34,547 nucleotides of DNA, taken from positions 1 to 34,547 of the forward strand of contig NW_021829932.1 of assembly GCF_006345805.1 (NCBI RefSeq). The letters run 5' to 3'. Source of the stretch: Octopus sinensis (lineage: Eukaryota). Both the position numbers and the translations under genes were made by a program. Each line of letters opens with the position of its first letter. The first letter of the stretch is position 1. The notes under the pieces are model-generated. The model was not told where the DNA came from. It did no database searches and worked only from the letters and a program-made list of their open reading frames with translations. Below are positions 33,915-34,547 of the stretch, in pieces.

Positions 33915-34547
33915 CTATAAAGTTGTACGGTTTTACCTAATGCGCCCACAATGATAGGAATTGTTTCTGTTTTTAGATTCCACATTCGAGTTACCTCTAT
34001 CTTCAGGTTTTTGTTTTTTGAAATTTTCTTCATTTCTTTTAAAGAAACGTTGTCATCTGCTGGTATTGATACGTCAATTAGAAAGCATTTTTTCTTCATG
34101 ATCTATGACAACTATATCTGGCCCATTGGCATTAATTTCTCTATCTGTGTGTATTGTCATATCCCAGAGTATGGTTGCTTTCTCATTTTCTGACTTTTTC
34201 TGGCGTGTGTCTTATACCATTTTTTTTCTGTTGTTATTCCATAGTGTTGGCATACCTTCCAGTGTATGTGGGTCCCAACTGTGAATATACTCCTTCTTAG
34301 CCAGGACTGGACAGCCAAAGATAACATATGAAGATAGTCTTCTTCAGCTAGATTTACCTGGGCAATATTTCAAATGTTACTACTTCAGGCGAGTATACTG
34401 GCACTGATATAACAACATTTGAAATATTGGTTCGCTGCCTGCACATATCTTTGCCAGTATATATACAGTGAAGCTTTACCATAGCGTCGTAAATTTTATC
34501 GACTGCTATTCCAATAAACATTGGTCCCTTGTTGTACCAATATTATA
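33915..34547 (-). mobile_element. R4/Dong-like LINE endonuclease region, decayed
   Basis: HWKVCQHYG..ILWDMTIHTDREINANGPDIVVIDHEEK/KCFLIDVSIP..EVTRMWNLKTETIPIIVGALG; same family as 16683-16918. Confidence 0.85.

Overview
Eukaryotic, AT-rich genomic DNA packed with microsatellites. The SINE/LINE repertoire and repeat style point to an Octopus genome (inference from family resemblance, no search run). The window holds six internal + strand exons (3478-3522, 9833-9976, 15215-15430, 27259-27375, 31850-31975, 33690-33863; 822 nt, 274 aa, all phase 0) of a SCY1-like pseudokinase gene of the SCYL2 type; start and stop lie outside the window. The introns contain at least four tRNA-headed SINE families, many 3' fragments of restriction-like-endonuclease (R4/Dong-type) LINEs embedded in (AAT)n, Tx1/L1 ORF1 and ORF2 fragments, a CR1/L2-group LINE end, a decayed Tc1 transposase and Penelope-like element (PLE) remnants. 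The most notable signal is about ten hammerhead-ribozyme (HHR)-like motifs carried by PLE-derived repeats, four with an intact catalytic core. One sits in a 243-bp element with perfect 22-bp terminal inverted repeats, and one lies on the pre-mRNA sense strand next to its own antisense copy. Other oddities: a ~120-bp fold-back of a LINE end (candidate ADAR substrate), SINE-head/foreign-TE chimeras sharing a linker, and a U12-like aberrant splice donor. Nearly all ORFs in the supplied track are microsatellite artefacts. Repeat boundaries are approximate.
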